Shown here: positions 8,803 through 18,926 of the stretch, piece after piece
Layout: the number at the start of each line of letters is the position of its first letter
Numbering within the stretch: the stretch's first letter is position 1
NCBI GenBank assembly: GCA_031406795.1
Contig: JANOHV010000226.1
Span: forward strand, 1 to 39,379
Source: Candidatus Rokuibacteriota bacterium
GTDB taxonomy: Bacteria > JAUVQV01 > DATDCY01
Reading direction: 5' to 3'
DNA: 39,379 nucleotides
Notes under the pieces: model-generated
Seen by the model: only the letters and a program-made list of their open reading frames with translations
What the model was told of the DNA's origin: nothing
The model's database searches: none
Position numbers and translations under genes: made by a program

Positions 8803-10521
8803 TCAGCATCCGGCGCCCGCCACCAGCCGGGGGTAGCGCGGTTGCCAGACCGTGCGCGCAATGGCGCCGGGGATGTCGCCGGCTGCGGCTTGATCGCGGG
8901 CCAGTCCCTGGGCGACCGCGGTCCCGGCGACCACCAGCGCGATCTCCTGCGAGATTGCGCGCAGCGCGCTGATCGCCGGGTAGACGCAGTTGCGGGCGAT
9001 GCGCTCGGCGGGCACGAGCTCGGCGAGGCGGCCGGCGGCGGCCGTGAACATCTCGTCGCTGACCGCGCTGGCTCGAACCGCGATCGCACCGAGTCCGACG
9101 CCGGGGAAGATGAAGGCGTTGTTCCCCTGGCCGATGGTGAACGTCCTGCCGTCGAGGTGCACGTCGGGGAAGGGGCTGCCGGTCGCGACGACGGCGCGTC
9201 CCCCGCTCCAGCGATAGACGTCTTCCGGCCGCGCCTCGGCGAGCGTCGTCGGGTTGGACAGCAGAAAGATCAGCGGCCGGGGGCAATTGGCGGCCATGGC
9301 GCGGACCACCGTCTCGTCGAAACTCCCCGGCTGACCCGAGCAGCCGAGCAGCACCGTGGCGCCGGTTTTCTGAACGACCTCGAGCAGGCCGGGCGCGCGT
9401 TCGCCGACCGTCGCCCACGGCACGACCGAGCGCGGGTGCGTGAAGGGCCGCTTGTAGTCCTCGATCCGGGCGCGGCCTTCGACCAGCAGCCCGCGGCTGT
9501 CGAGCACGTGGATGCGCGCCGCGGCCTCGACCGGCGTCAACCCCTCGGCGAGCAGGCCGGTGCGAATCTGCATCGCGACGCCGATGCCGGCCGCGCCGCT
9601 GCCGAAGAGGACGTAGACCTGGTCGCGCAGACGGCCGCCGGCGGCGCGCACGGCGCAGGCTATGCCCGCGAGCACGACCGCGCCCGTTCCCTGGACGTCG
9701 TCGTTGAAGGAGAGCAGTTCGCCCCGGTAGCGTTCGAGGAGGGTGTAGGCATTGTCCTTGGAGAAGTCCTCCCACTGCAGCAGCACCGCGGGGAAATGAC
9801 GCCGCACCGCCTGCACGAAGCGGTCGACCAGCTCGAAATACTCGCGGCCGCGCAGCCGCGGCCGGCGCAGGCCGAGGTAGAGCGGGTCCTCGAGCAGCGT
9901 CGTGTTGTCGGTGCCGACATCCAGGGTCACCGGCAGGCAGTGGGCGGGGTTGATGCCGGCCCCGGCGGTGTACAGCGAGAGTTTGCCGATCGGGATGCCC
10001 ATGCCGCCCGCGCCCTGGTCGCCGATGCCGAGAATGCCTTCGGAGTCGGTCGCGACGATGACCGCGATGTCGCGGCAGGGGAGCCCGGCGAAGATCTCGT
10101 CCACGCGGTCGATGTTCTCGGTCGAGAGGAAGACACCGCGCGGGAAGCGGTAGATGTGGCTGAATTTCTGGCAGGCTTCGCCGACGGTCGGGGTGTAGAC
10201 GATGCGCATCATCTCCTCGAGATTTCCGCCGAGGAGGGCGTAGAACAGGACCTCGTTGCGGTCCTGGAGCGAGCGCAGGTAGACGTACCGCTCCAGGTCG
10301 GTGGTCTTGGCGAGATAGGCTTCGCGGCAGCGCTCCAGCTGCAAATCCATCGTCGAGACCGCCGGCGGCAGCAGGCCGTCGACGCCGAAGGCCGATCGCT
10401 CCTCCCGCGGGAAGGCCGTCCCCTTGTTGAGCAGCGGCTGGCGCAGGACTTCCTGCCCCATGGCGTTGGTTTCACAGCACAGGGTCCCCGTCTCGTCGGC
10501 GAGCATTCGATAGCGCAGCAT
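8803..10521 (-). CDS. maeA: NAD-dependent malic enzyme
   Basis: PLLNKGTAF, IVYTPTVGEAC, ILGIGDQG, GIPIGKLSLY, LQWEDF, FNDDVQGTG, GSGAAGIG, LSNPT, GQGNNAFIFPG; ATG 10521 after GGAAGG. Confidence 0.95.
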   Translation of the reverse strand: MLRYRMLADETGTLCCETNAMGQEVLRQPLLNKGTAFPREERSAFGVDGLLPPAVSTMDLQLERCREAYLAKTTDLERYVYLRSLQDRNEVLFYALLGGNLEEMMRIVYTPTVGEACQKFSHIYRFPRGVFLSTENIDRVDEIFAGLPCRDIAVIVATDSEGILGIGDQGAGGMGIPIGKLSLYTAGAGINPAHCLPVTLDVGTDNTTLLEDPLYLGLRRPRLRGREYFELVDRFVQAVRRHFPAVLLQWEDFSKDNAYTLLERYRGELLSFNDDVQGTGAVVLAGIACAVRAAGGRLRDQVYVLFGSGAAGIGVAMQIRTGLLAEGLTPVEAAARIHVLDSRGLLVEGRARIEDYKRPFTHPRSVVPWATVGERAPGLLEVVQKTGATVLLGCSGQPGSFDETVVRAMAANCPRPLIFLLSNPTTLAEARPEDVYRWSGGRAVVATGSPFPDVHLDGRTFTIGQGNNAFIFPGVGLGAIAVRASAVSDEMFTAAAGRLAELVPAERIARNCVYPAISALRAISQEIALVVAGTAVAQGLARDQAAAGDIPGAIARTVWQPRYPRLVAGAGC

Positions 10522-10636
10522 GGCAGCTTCCTTCCCGTTGGTTGTCGTCGCCGTATGGTACTCCTCGACGCCGGATCCGCAAGTAATCGCGCGCGGCGGC
10601 GCGCGCCGCCCGGCGGTCATTCCCGGCAGGAATTTC

Positions 10637-10665
10637 TTGACAACACCGGCACAGCTTGGTAAGAG
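10637..10665 (+). promoter_or_regulatory. Candidate sigma70 promoter for the multiheme cytochrome
   Basis: TTGACA (10637-10642), 17 nt, TAAGAG preceded by TG; the -10 is imperfect. Confidence 0.35.
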
Positions 10666-10760
10666 AATACCATCTTTTTCTAGTCGGGTATGTCGCGGTG
10701 CGCTGCGGTAGTTGACGCATAAGATTTGGGGAAATCATGGGCGCGGGACAGTGCTGGAAG

Positions 10761-12158
10761 GTGCGTACGGCGATCGTGTCGCTCCTGCTGGGAGCAGCCT
10801 TGGCGCCGGTTCCCGCGCTGGGCTCGTCCGCCGTCAACACCCACAACATCAGTGCCTGTTCCTCCTGCCACGTGGTGACGCCCCGCTTCGGCGTCGACCA
10901 CCGCCATGATGTCACCTTCACCTCCAGCGCCGACGACCCGGGGCTCTGCACCTCCTGCCACCCGGCGGCGGAACACCGGCACCCGATCCTTGTCGTCGCG
11001 GGGTCGGGACCGGCCGGCGCGCTCGTGTCCACCTATCTCCCCGCGGGGACGGCCGCGGCCTTCGCCGGCCAGATCGTCTGCACAAGCTGCCATTTCATCC
11101 ATGCCTCGGATACGCGCTACAGCCTGCTGCGCGGCTTCCCGGGATCCCCCGACCCGCGCAAATTCCGTTCCGTCGCCGCCTTCTGCGAAGAGTGTCACGG
11201 CGCGAATCTGGCGCCGCGCTCGCCGCACGCCGGCGGCGAGAAATCCTGCGGCTTCTGCCACGCCGGGCGACCGCGTCCGGAGCAGAAGGCCGAGGTTCCC
11301 GCCGGGTTCAAGGAGCGCTGCGAACTCTGCCACCGCGGCGTCAAGGACGACCACTTCGCCGGCGTCACCCCCTTCGGCAAGCTCCGGGAGTGCCTCCTCT
11401 GTCACGACCGACACGGGGTCAGCGCCGCCTCGCCCGGTCTGCTCTCCGGCGGCTACCGGGCGGCCGCGGCGGAAAACGTGGTCATCCGCCCGCACTTCCG
11501 CAAGAGTCTCTGCTTCGCCTGCCACACGAACACCGACGACTATGAGCTGCGGAACGCTGATGTGAACGCCTTGTGCGATCGCTGCCACGCCAGCGGCAAG
11601 ATTCTGGCCAACATCCACCCCTTGCGCAGGGTCCCCCCCTCGATCACGGTGCCGAAGGGCTGGCCGCTGACTGATGGCGCGCTGACCTGCCTGACCTGCC
11701 ACGACCAGGGCCACGAGGACCAGCCGCGGCGGCGCTGGATGCTTCACGGCGGGCCTTACGCCACCCCGCGGGCGGTGTGCCGCAACTGCCACAAGACCGC
11801 CGATCTCGAGGCGAGCAGGATCCACCAGGAGATCAACGAGCACAAGTCCTGCGAGATGTGTCACAAGACGCGGCCCCAGCCGGGCAAAGACACGATCAAG
11901 ACGGTGGACTTCATCGCGTCGCCGGATCTGCTCTGCCTGCGCTGCCACGACCAGAGCGCCGCGGACGGCACCGTGCACCACGCGGACGTGCTGGGGCGTG
12001 AGGTCGAGGATGGCCACCTCCCCGCGCAGCTGCCGCTGCTGAAGGGGCGGGTGATCTGTGCCACCTGTCACAATCCGCACCTGCGGGACTCCGACAACGG
12101 GCGCCTGCGAGCATCCATCGCTGGCAGCGACTTCTGCCTGGGTTGCCACCCGGAGTGA
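10761..12158 (+). CDS. Exported multiheme c-type cytochrome, 15 CxxCH motifs
   Basis: Signal peptide MRTAIVSLLLGAALAPVPALG; 15 CxxCH counted, including doubled-CxxCH-type CATCHNPH...FCLGCH. Start could be ATG 10737. Confidence 0.92.
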   Translation: MRTAIVSLLLGAALAPVPALGSSAVNTHNISACSSCHVVTPRFGVDHRHDVTFTSSADDPGLCTSCHPAAEHRHPILVVAGSGPAGALVSTYLPAGTAAAFAGQIVCTSCHFIHASDTRYSLLRGFPGSPDPRKFRSVAAFCEECHGANLAPRSPHAGGEKSCGFCHAGRPRPEQKAEVPAGFKERCELCHRGVKDDHFAGVTPFGKLRECLLCHDRHGVSAASPGLLSGGYRAAAAENVVIRPHFRKSLCFACHTNTDDYELRNADVNALCDRCHASGKILANIHPLRRVPPSITVPKGWPLTDGALTCLTCHDQGHEDQPRRRWMLHGGPYATPRAVCRNCHKTADLEASRIHQEINEHKSCEMCHKTRPQPGKDTIKTVDFIASPDLLCLRCHDQSAADGTVHHADVLGREVEDGHLPAQLPLLKGRVICATCHNPHLRDSDNGRLRASIAGSDFCLGCHPE

Positions 12159-12179
12159 CGCAACGCGCCGGACGGGCTC

Positions 12180-12608
12180 TCAGGGCCGCTCGATCGTGAT
12201 CAGCCGCTCGCGTACCCCGAGGATTTCGAACCGGACGGTCACGGTCTCCGCGGGCAGCAGTCCCGCCGCGCGCTCGGCCCACTCCACGGCGAGAATGCCC
12301 CCGCGCTCCGCGTAGTCCTCGAGGCCGAGTTCGGCGACCTCGGCAGGGCCGGCCAGACGGTAGAGGTCGACGTGGAACAGCGGCACCGGGCCGGCGTGTT
12401 CGTGGACGAGGGTGTAGGTGGGGCTGACCACCTGGCGCGGGGAGATCCCGAGCCCGGCCGCCAGCCCTCTGACAAAGGCCGTCTTGCCCGCGCCCAGCGT
12501 TCCAAGGAGGGCCAGCACCGATCCGGGCGCGAGCGCCGGGACGAGACGACGGGCGATGGCCGCCGTCTGCTCAGGGGACGAGGAGCGTAAGCTTTGCGCG
12601 CGGGACAT
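12180..12608 (-). CDS. tsaE: tRNA threonylcarbamoyladenosine biosynthesis ATPase
   Basis: LLGTLGAGKTAFVRG, V.SPTYTL, HVDLYRL, AVEWAE; follows nnr. Confidence 0.95.
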   Translation of the reverse strand: MSRAQSLRSSSPEQTAAIARRLVPALAPGSVLALLGTLGAGKTAFVRGLAAGLGISPRQVVSPTYTLVHEHAGPVPLFHVDLYRLAGPAEVAELGLEDYAERGGILAVEWAERAAGLLPAETVTVRFEILGVRERLITIERP

Positions 12609-14166
12609 CGTCGCGTTTGCGGAGCGATCGGACGGCGGACGGGACGCGGTCCGCGACCTCCGCCGCGAGAATGCCCCACGGTCCCAAGTCCGCGGCGGCG
12701 AGATCCCCCGCGCGGCCGTGCAGGTAGACGCCAAGCAGCGCGGCCTCGAGCGGCGCCATGCCGCGCGCCAGGTGCGCGGCCACCACGCCGGCGAGCACGT
12801 CGCCCATGCCGGCGGCGGCCATGGCGGGGTTGCCCGTCGGGTTGATCCAGGCCGGTCCGACCGGAGGGGCCACGACCGTGCGGGCGCCCTTGAGAACGAC
12901 GACCGCGTTGAAGCGCCCGGCGCAGGCGCGCGCCGCTCCGACACGGTCGGCCTGGACCTGCGCCGTGTCGACGCCGAGCAGACGGGAGAGTTCCCCCGGG
13001 TGCGGGGTCAGGACGGCCGGCGTGCGGCGCAGGGAAATCGCCGCGGGGCCGGCGGCCGCAAGAGCGTGAAGCGCGTCGGCGTCGATGAGCAGCGGCGCCG
13101 CGGCGGCTCCGCACAGCCGGCGGACGAGGAGGGCCGTCCCCTCGCTCCGGGAGAGCCCCGGACCCAGCGCCAGGGCATCGACGCGGGAGAGCTGCCCGAT
13201 CAGCAGGCCTGCCGCATCTTCTTCCCCGGCTGCGGAGGCGGCGTCGGGCAGCGGCAGCAGCATCGCCTCCGGCAGGCCCGCGAGCAGCGGCGGGGCGACT
13301 GCTGCGGGCAGCGCAACCGTGACCGTCCCGGCGCCGGCGCGCAGCGCGCCGCGGGCGGCAAGGGCGGCGGCGCCGGTCATGCCGCGAGAGCCGGCGACGA
13401 GCAGCACGTGGCCGAACGTGCCCTTGTGGCTCTCCGGGTCGCGCGGCGCGAGGTGCGTCATCAGGTCGGCGGCGGTCGTCAGCCGCAGATCCCCCGCGAC
13501 GAGATCGTCGGTGCCGGGCGGGAACCCGATGTCCGCCAGCCAGAGGCGCCCGACGTGCCCTGCGCCGGGATACACGACCAGCCCCGGCTTCGGGTAGCCG
13601 AACGTCACCGTCGCCGTTGCCCGGACCGCTTCGCCGGTCACGCGGCCGTGATCCGCCGCGAGACCGGAGGGGATGTCCACCGCCAGCACCGGCAGACCCA
13701 GGGAGTTGATCAGCACGATGGCCGCCTGCGCCAGGTCGCCGGCCGGCGGCAGGAATCCGGTGCCAAGCAACGCGTCCACGACCAGGTCGACCCCGCTCGC
13801 GCGCTCGCGCGCGGCGGCCAGGGTCGAGGCGTCGACGCAGATCGCGGGCTCGATCCCGGACGCGCGGGCCTCGTCCCAGGCCCGGCGCGCGTCCCGTCTC
13901 AGCCCGGCGGGGTCGCCGACGAGGACCACCTGAATTTCGGCACCACGTTCGCGCAGCGTGCGCGCCGCCACGAGGCCGTCGCCGCCGTTGTTGCCGCGGC
14001 CGCAGAACAGCGCGATCCTGCGCCCGCGCACCTCGCCGAGCAGGAGCGTCGCCGCATCGGCGGTGCTGCTGCCGGCGCGCTCCATGAGCTCGGACACCGC
14101 GATACCATGGCAGTCGGCGGCGCAGCGGTCCACCGCCGACATCTCTCCCGCGGTCGCGAGCTTCAC
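12571..14166 (-). CDS. nnr: Bifunctional NAD(P)HX epimerase/dehydratase
   Basis: [58 protein letters not shown]. Confidence 0.95.
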   Translation of the reverse strand: MKLATAGEMSAVDRCAADCHGIAVSELMERAGSSTADAATLLLGEVRGRRIALFCGRGNNGGDGLVAARTLRERGAEIQVVLVGDPAGLRRDARRAWDEARASGIEPAICVDASTLAAARERASGVDLVVDALLGTGFLPPAGDLAQAAIVLINSLGLPVLAVDIPSGLAADHGRVTGEAVRATATVTFGYPKPGLVVYPGAGHVGRLWLADIGFPPGTDDLVAGDLRLTTAADLMTHLAPRDPESHKGTFGHVLLVAGSRGMTGAAALAARGALRAGAGTVTVALPAAVAPPLLAGLPEAMLLPLPDAASAAGEEDAAGLLIGQLSRVDALALGPGLSRSEGTALLVRRLCGAAAAPLLIDADALHALAAAGPAAISLRRTPAVLTPHPGELSRLLGVDTAQVQADRVGAARACAGRFNAVVVLKGARTVVAPPVGPAWINPTGNPAMAAAGMGDVLAGVVAAHLARGMAPLEAALLGVYLHGRAGDLAAADLGPWGILAAEVADRVPSAVRSLRKRDDVPRAKLTLLVP

Positions 14167-14666
14167 GGGGTGCCGGCGCTCCTGACGAGGAGGCAGACCG
14201 CCTGCGCGGCGACACCTTCGCGCCGGCCGACGAAACCGAGGCCCTCCGTGGTGGTGGCCTTGATCCCGACGTTCGCCTCGGAGATGCCGAGGGCCGCGGC
14301 GATTGCCGCGCGCATGGCCGGTTCGTGCGGCGCGATGCGCGGAGTCTCGGCAAGAACGCAGCTGTCGACCTGCAGCGGCGACCAGCCAGCGCCGGCGAGA
14401 ACCGCGACGGTGCGCCGCAGCAGTTCGAGGCTGGAGATCCCCCGGAACGCGGGGTCATGGTCGGGGAAGTGCCGGCCGATGTCGCCGAGGGCGGCGGCGC
14501 CGAGCAGCGCATCGCAGATCGCGTGCAGGAGCACGTCGGCGTCGGAGTGCCCGGCCAGCCCGCGCTCGTGCGGAATGGTGACGCCGCCGATCACCAGGGG
14601 CCGGCCGGGCGCGAAGGGGTGAACGTCGTACCCCGTGCCGACGCGCAGCCCGGGGTCGCGGCTCAC
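14163..14666 (-). CDS. ispF: 2-C-methyl-D-erythritol 2,4-cyclodiphosphate synthase
   Basis: [47 protein letters not shown]. Confidence 0.97.
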   Translation of the reverse strand: MSRDPGLRVGTGYDVHPFAPGRPLVIGGVTIPHERGLAGHSDADVLLHAICDALLGAAALGDIGRHFPDHDPAFRGISSLELLRRTVAVLAGAGWSPLQVDSCVLAETPRIAPHEPAMRAAIAAALGISEANVGIKATTTEGLGFVGRREGVAAQAVCLLVRSAGTP

Positions 14667-14678
14667 GCCCGGATCCCT

Positions 14679-14972
14679 GTTCCGCGCGCACGCGCGGAAC
14701 CATGGGTCAGCGAATGCTTATCAGCCCTGATTTGGGTGTTCTTCCGCTCGGCTAACTGAATTGGTCTCATCATGAGGACCTCGAGTGCTCGCGTTTCGTA
14801 CCGGGCGAGCGAAGCAGCGCACTTTCCGCGCGCACGCGCGGAACCATGGGGCAGCGAATGTTTATCAGCCCTATTTCGCTGTTCTTCCGCTCGGCTAACT
14901 GAATCGGTTTGATCACGAGGACCTCGAGTGCTCGCGCTTCGTACCAGACAAGCGAAGCCGCGCATTTTCCGC
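14679..14972. repeat. Tandem pair of 144/143-bp units between ispD and ispF
   Basis: Units 14680-14823 and 14824-14966, about 15 differences by hand alignment (about 90% identical); each starts with hairpin TTCCGCGCG-CA-CGCGCGGAA; TTCCGC recurs at 14967. Confidence 0.95.
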
Positions 14973-15659
14973 CCCCCGGCCGATCAGCACGCGGGCGAGG
15001 ACGAGGTCCTCCCGCGTGGTGATCTTGAAATTCAGCCGGGAGCCGGGGACGACGCGCACCGGGTGACCGAGCGCCTCCACGAGCGCCGCGTCGTCGGTGG
15101 CCTCGAGGCCGGCCCGCCGGGCCTGCGCGTGCGCCTCGCGCAGCAGCCCGACCGAGAAGGCCTGGGGGGTTTGCGCGAGCCAGAGCCCGCGCCGGTCGAT
15201 GGTGCCGTCGAGAAAGAAATCGGGCGAGACCCTCTTGATGGTGTCGTGGACCGGGACGGCGGCCAGCGCCGCCCCGTGGCGCCGCGCCGCCGCGAGTACC
15301 CGCTCGACCAGGGCGGTGGTCGCGAATGGCCGCGCCCCGTCGTGGATGACGACGTAGTCGATGCCCGCGGGCAGGGCGCGCAATCCGGCGGCAACCGAGT
15401 TCTGCCGCTCGCGCCCGCCGGCGACGGCCGCGGCGCAAGTGCTCCAGCCGGAGTGCGCGAGGATGCCGGTGCGAAAGCGCGCCAGGTGCGTGCGGGGCAG
15501 CACGGGCTGGATCAGGGCGATGCGCCGGCTGGCGGCGAAGATGGCGATGGTGTGCGCGAGCAGCGGCCGCCCGCCGAGGTCGATGAAGGTCTTCGGGGTC
15601 TTGAAGCCGATGCGCGCGCCCCGCCCGGCGGCGGGGATGATCGCGGCCGCCCGGCTCAC
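14913..15659 (-). CDS. ispD: 2-C-methyl-D-erythritol 4-phosphate cytidylyltransferase
   Basis: [52 protein letters not shown]. Confidence 0.97.
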   Translation of the reverse strand: MSRAAAIIPAAGRGARIGFKTPKTFIDLGGRPLLAHTIAIFAASRRIALIQPVLPRTHLARFRTGILAHSGWSTCAAAVAGGRERQNSVAAGLRALPAGIDYVVIHDGARPFATTALVERVLAAARRHGAALAAVPVHDTIKRVSPDFFLDGTIDRRGLWLAQTPQAFSVGLLREAHAQARRAGLEATDDAALVEALGHPVRVVPGSRLNFKITTREDLVLARVLIGRGAENARLRLSGTKREHSRSS

Positions 15660-16558
15660 GACGCGGCCTCCGGAGCGCCCGGCGCGGTTTCGCGGGGCTG
15701 GTACTGGGCGAAGATCATCCGGCCTGCGGTGGTCTGGATGGCGCTGGTGACGGTGACCTCGAGGTTCTTGCCGATGAACCGCCGGGCGTTGTCGACGACG
15801 ACCATCGTGCCGTCTTCGAGGTAGGCTACACCCTGGTTGGCCTCCTTGCCCTCCTTGATGACGCTCACCCGCATCACCTCACCGGGGAGCGCCACCGGTT
15901 TGAGCGCGTTCGCGAGCAGGTTGATGTTCAGGACCGACACGCCGCTGACTTCGGCCACCTTGTTGAGATTGAAGTCGTTGGTCACGATCCGCGCGCCGGT
16001 CTCCCGAGCCAGGGCGACGAGCTTCGCGTCGACTTCGCGCACCAGCGGGAAGTCCCGGTCGCTCACCAGGATCGTCAGGTCGGGCCGCTTCTGCATGCGC
16101 GCCAGGACATCGAGGCCCCGCCTCCCGCGGTTGCGCTTGAGAGAATCGGTGGAGTCCGCGATGTATTGCAGTTCGCGGAGCACGAACTGGGGGACGACCA
16201 GGATGCCTTCGACGAACCCGGTCTCGCACAGGTCGGCGATCCGGCCGTCGATGATGACGTTCGTGTCAAGCAGTTTCGGGCTGGCGCGGCCGGGGTCGAT
16301 GGCCGGCGTCCCCGCCTGACCGGCCGGCAGGCCAGGCGCCGGCGGGGCGCTGCCGCCGCCGCTCGGGAGACCGGGGCTGCACCCGAGACGGTCGAGTGCC
16401 GCTGCGCCGAGCGCCAGGACGGAGAGCGCGAGCGCGGCCGACCCGATCGCGGCCAGTACCGCCGCCCGGGCGGGGTGGGGGTCCCGCAGCGCGACGACCA
16501 GAAACACCCCCGCCGCCGCCCCGAGCGCCGTCCCCGCTGCCGTCGTGACCATCCGCAT
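15656..16558 (-). CDS. Membrane-anchored PIN/TRAM domain protein (YacL-like)
   Basis: [63 protein letters not shown]; upstream of ispD as in the Bacillus yacL-ispD-ispF order. Confidence 0.9.
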   Translation of the reverse strand: MRMVTTAAGTALGAAAGVFLVVALRDPHPARAAVLAAIGSAALALSVLALGAAALDRLGCSPGLPSGGGSAPPAPGLPAGQAGTPAIDPGRASPKLLDTNVIIDGRIADLCETGFVEGILVVPQFVLRELQYIADSTDSLKRNRGRRGLDVLARMQKRPDLTILVSDRDFPLVREVDAKLVALARETGARIVTNDFNLNKVAEVSGVSVLNINLLANALKPVALPGEVMRVSVIKEGKEANQGVAYLEDGTMVVVDNARRFIGKNLEVTVTSAIQTTAGRMIFAQYQPRETAPGAPEAAS

Positions 16559-16708
16559 CTGTCTCTCCCCGGTCCTGTCCGCTGATCGTCGCTCTCGGTC
16601 CGTGCCGGCGAATGATATCGCCCGGGGCCGGATCCCGTCAATCGTCGTGTTCGCGTCGAACCCGCGCCTCTCGCCGCCTAAGTGCCGATGCTGCAATGTG
16701 ATTTGTCG

Positions 16709-16736
16709 TTGACGGCATCGCCGAATCGACTACAAT
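16709..16736 (+). promoter_or_regulatory. Sigma70-type promoter of the chemosensory operon
   Basis: TTGACG (16709-16714), 16 nt, TACAAT (16731-16736). Confidence 0.6.
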
Positions 16737-16759
16737 AGATTACTTTTCGAGGGCTTGAA

Positions 16760-18256
16760 ATGGTGCATGCGGCGATCGATAGAACTGAGCTGGAATACCA
16801 GGCGGTGCGGGATTTCATCGTCCGCAAGACGGGCCTCTACTTCCAGGAGAACAAACGCGACGATCTGCTGACGGTCATCCAGGACCGGCTCGGCGTTCTT
16901 CAGCGTTTCGCCGGCCTTGGCGCCTACCTCGACTTTCTCGAGCGCGAGGAGGACGGCGGCCGCGAGTTGCGCGGCCTCGTCAGCCGGCTCACCGTCGGGG
17001 AGACGTATTTCTTCCGCAACCGCGGCCAGTTCAGCGCGCTTCGCGACGAAATCCTGCCGGAGATCATCAAGCGCCGCCGCGGCAAGAACCAATACCTGCG
17101 CATCTGGAGCGCCGGTTGCTCGACGGGGGAGGAGCCCTACTCCCTGGCGATCCTGCTGCGCGAACTGCTCGGCGACGTCGGCGAGTGGAAGATCCACCTG
17201 CTGGCGACGGACATCAACGAGGACGCGCTCGCGGCCGCCCGCGAAGGCAGCTATCGCAACTGGTCGTTCCGCGAGGTCGAGGAACACTACCGTCAGCAGT
17301 ATTTCACCCCGGAGGGTGATGTTGCGCGGATTCGTCCCGAGGTCCAGTCGATGGTGACCTACCGCTACCTCAACCTCGCCGACGAGCACTACCCGACGGC
17401 GGCGACCGGCACGGACGCACTGGACCTGATTCTCTGCCGCAACGTGATGATCTATTTCCCCCCGGGCCTCTGCCAGGACGTGACACGCCGCTTCTTCGGC
17501 TGTCTCGAGGAGCAGGGCACGCTGCTCGTCGGCCACTCGGAGCACAGCAATCTCGTCTATCCCGGGTTCTCGCGCAGCTTCAGCGGCCGGGCGATCATCT
17601 ACCAGAAGAAAAGCGCCAGCCCGGTCTGGGAGAAGGGGATCGCCATCCGTTTTCGCGGCAGTGGCGCGCCGCCGCCGGGGATCCTGACCCACGAGCCGCT
17701 GGCCGCGCGGCGCGAGGGGCTGCAGCGTCCCACCGGCACCGAGGAGACCCTGCTCTTCGAGCGCGGGGTGCTGCTGGTCGGGCAGATGCGACCGCACGAG
17801 GCGATCGCCGAGTTCAAGCGGGTGCTCGCGTTCAACCCGCGCAACGAGCGCGCGCTCTACTCCGTCGCGATGCTGCTCGCCAACACCGGCAATGCGGCGG
17901 AGGCCGCCGCGTGCGCCGAACAGTTGATTCACCACAACCCGCTGCACCTGGAGGCGACGTATCTTCTGGCGATCCTCGCGCGCGAGACCGGCAGCCCGGC
18001 GCAGGAGCTGTCCCTGCTCAAGAAGACGGTCTACCTTAACCCCGGCTTCGTTCTCGGGCACTTCCAGATGGGACTGCACTACCTGCGCTCGGGCAATGCC
18101 CCGGTCGCCCGGCGCTCGCTGCTCAATGTGCTGCGGATCATGAACGACCGGGAGGCCGGTGACCCGGTCGAGGGCGTCGAGGGGATGACGGTCGGTCGGC
18201 TGCGCGAAACCGTGCTCGCGATGATCCCCGACGGCGTCCCCGGCGGGGCAGACTGA
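16760..18256 (+). CDS. cheR: CheR-type methyltransferase with C-terminal TPR domain (WspC/FrzF-like)
   Basis: [47 protein letters not shown] repeats in the last third. Confidence 0.93.
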   Translation: MVHAAIDRTELEYQAVRDFIVRKTGLYFQENKRDDLLTVIQDRLGVLQRFAGLGAYLDFLEREEDGGRELRGLVSRLTVGETYFFRNRGQFSALRDEILPEIIKRRRGKNQYLRIWSAGCSTGEEPYSLAILLRELLGDVGEWKIHLLATDINEDALAAAREGSYRNWSFREVEEHYRQQYFTPEGDVARIRPEVQSMVTYRYLNLADEHYPTAATGTDALDLILCRNVMIYFPPGLCQDVTRRFFGCLEEQGTLLVGHSEHSNLVYPGFSRSFSGRAIIYQKKSASPVWEKGIAIRFRGSGAPPPGILTHEPLAARREGLQRPTGTEETLLFERGVLLVGQMRPHEAIAEFKRVLAFNPRNERALYSVAMLLANTGNAAEAAACAEQLIHHNPLHLEATYLLAILARETGSPAQELSLLKKTVYLNPGFVLGHFQMGLHYLRSGNAPVARRSLLNVLRIMNDREAGDPVEGVEGMTVGRLRETVLAMIPDGVPGGAD

Positions 18257-18888
18257 TGGTTTCCGACATCTGGGAGCAGCGCCGGCGGGAGTCGGAGCGC
18301 GTCTGGGGGGAGATCCGCAGACGCATCGAGCAGCTCGATCACCCGGCGGACAACGCGCCGCCGGCCGAGGAGCTGGCGGCCCTGTGGCGCCGGCGGGCGG
18401 TCGAACTCGCCGATGCGCCCGATCGCGACCGGGAGGCCGGCGAGCTGCTCACGCTGGTGGTGCTGCGGTGGGGCGCCGATCGTTACGCCGTGCCGATCAC
18501 CTCGGTGCGCGAAATCCTGCGGGTCGGCCGCCTGACCGCGGTGAGCACCGCCCCGACCTTCGTGCTCGGCGTGATCAACCTGCGCGGCGTCATCATGACG
18601 GTCCTCGACCTCCGGGTCTTTTTCGGGCTGGAAACCGGTCCGGTCGGGGACGAGGCGCGCATCATCATCGCCGAGGGGGCCGGCATGGTGGTCGGCATCC
18701 TCGTCGAGCAGATCGAGGAGATCGTCGATCTGCCGGCGGCGCAGGTCAAACCGCCGCTCTCTCCGGCCAAGGGCCTGGTCGAAGATTACGTCGTCGGCAT
18801 CGCCGCCCACGGCGACCAGATGGTGGTGCTCATCGATCTCGAAAAGGTGCTCAGCAACCCGCGTATCGTCGTCGACGAAGTGGTCTAG
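18256..18888 (+). CDS. cheW: CheW-domain coupling protein with N-terminal helical extension
   Basis: [44 protein letters not shown]. Confidence 0.92.
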   Translation: MVSDIWEQRRRESERVWGEIRRRIEQLDHPADNAPPAEELAALWRRRAVELADAPDRDREAGELLTLVVLRWGADRYAVPITSVREILRVGRLTAVSTAPTFVLGVINLRGVIMTVLDLRVFFGLETGPVGDEARIIIAEGAGMVVGILVEQIEEIVDLPAAQVKPPLSPAKGLVEDYVVGIAAHGDQMVVLIDLEKVLSNPRIVVDEVV

Positions 18889-18926
18889 CCCCGGGCGGGA
18901 CCAGAGGCCGGCATGAGGAGGAGTGG

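Noticed and set aside
10647-10661. Sigma54-like CGGCACAGCTTGGTA upstream of the cytochrome
   Set aside because: No GC at the -12 position at the required spacing from GG
14663-14965. 100-aa ORF spanning the tandem repeat
   Set aside because: The two units are read in different frames because of the indel, codon usage is atypical, and there is no RBS
14679-14972. CRISPR array, integron attC, HDV-like/hammerhead/pistol ribozyme or tandem riboswitch readings of the 144-bp repeat
   Set aside because: The inter-hairpin segments are near-identical rather than unique spacers and no cas genes are present; GTTAGCC has no properly spaced inverse core; GCGAA, TCCTCG and CTGAT fragments could not be assembled by eye into the required pairings in both units
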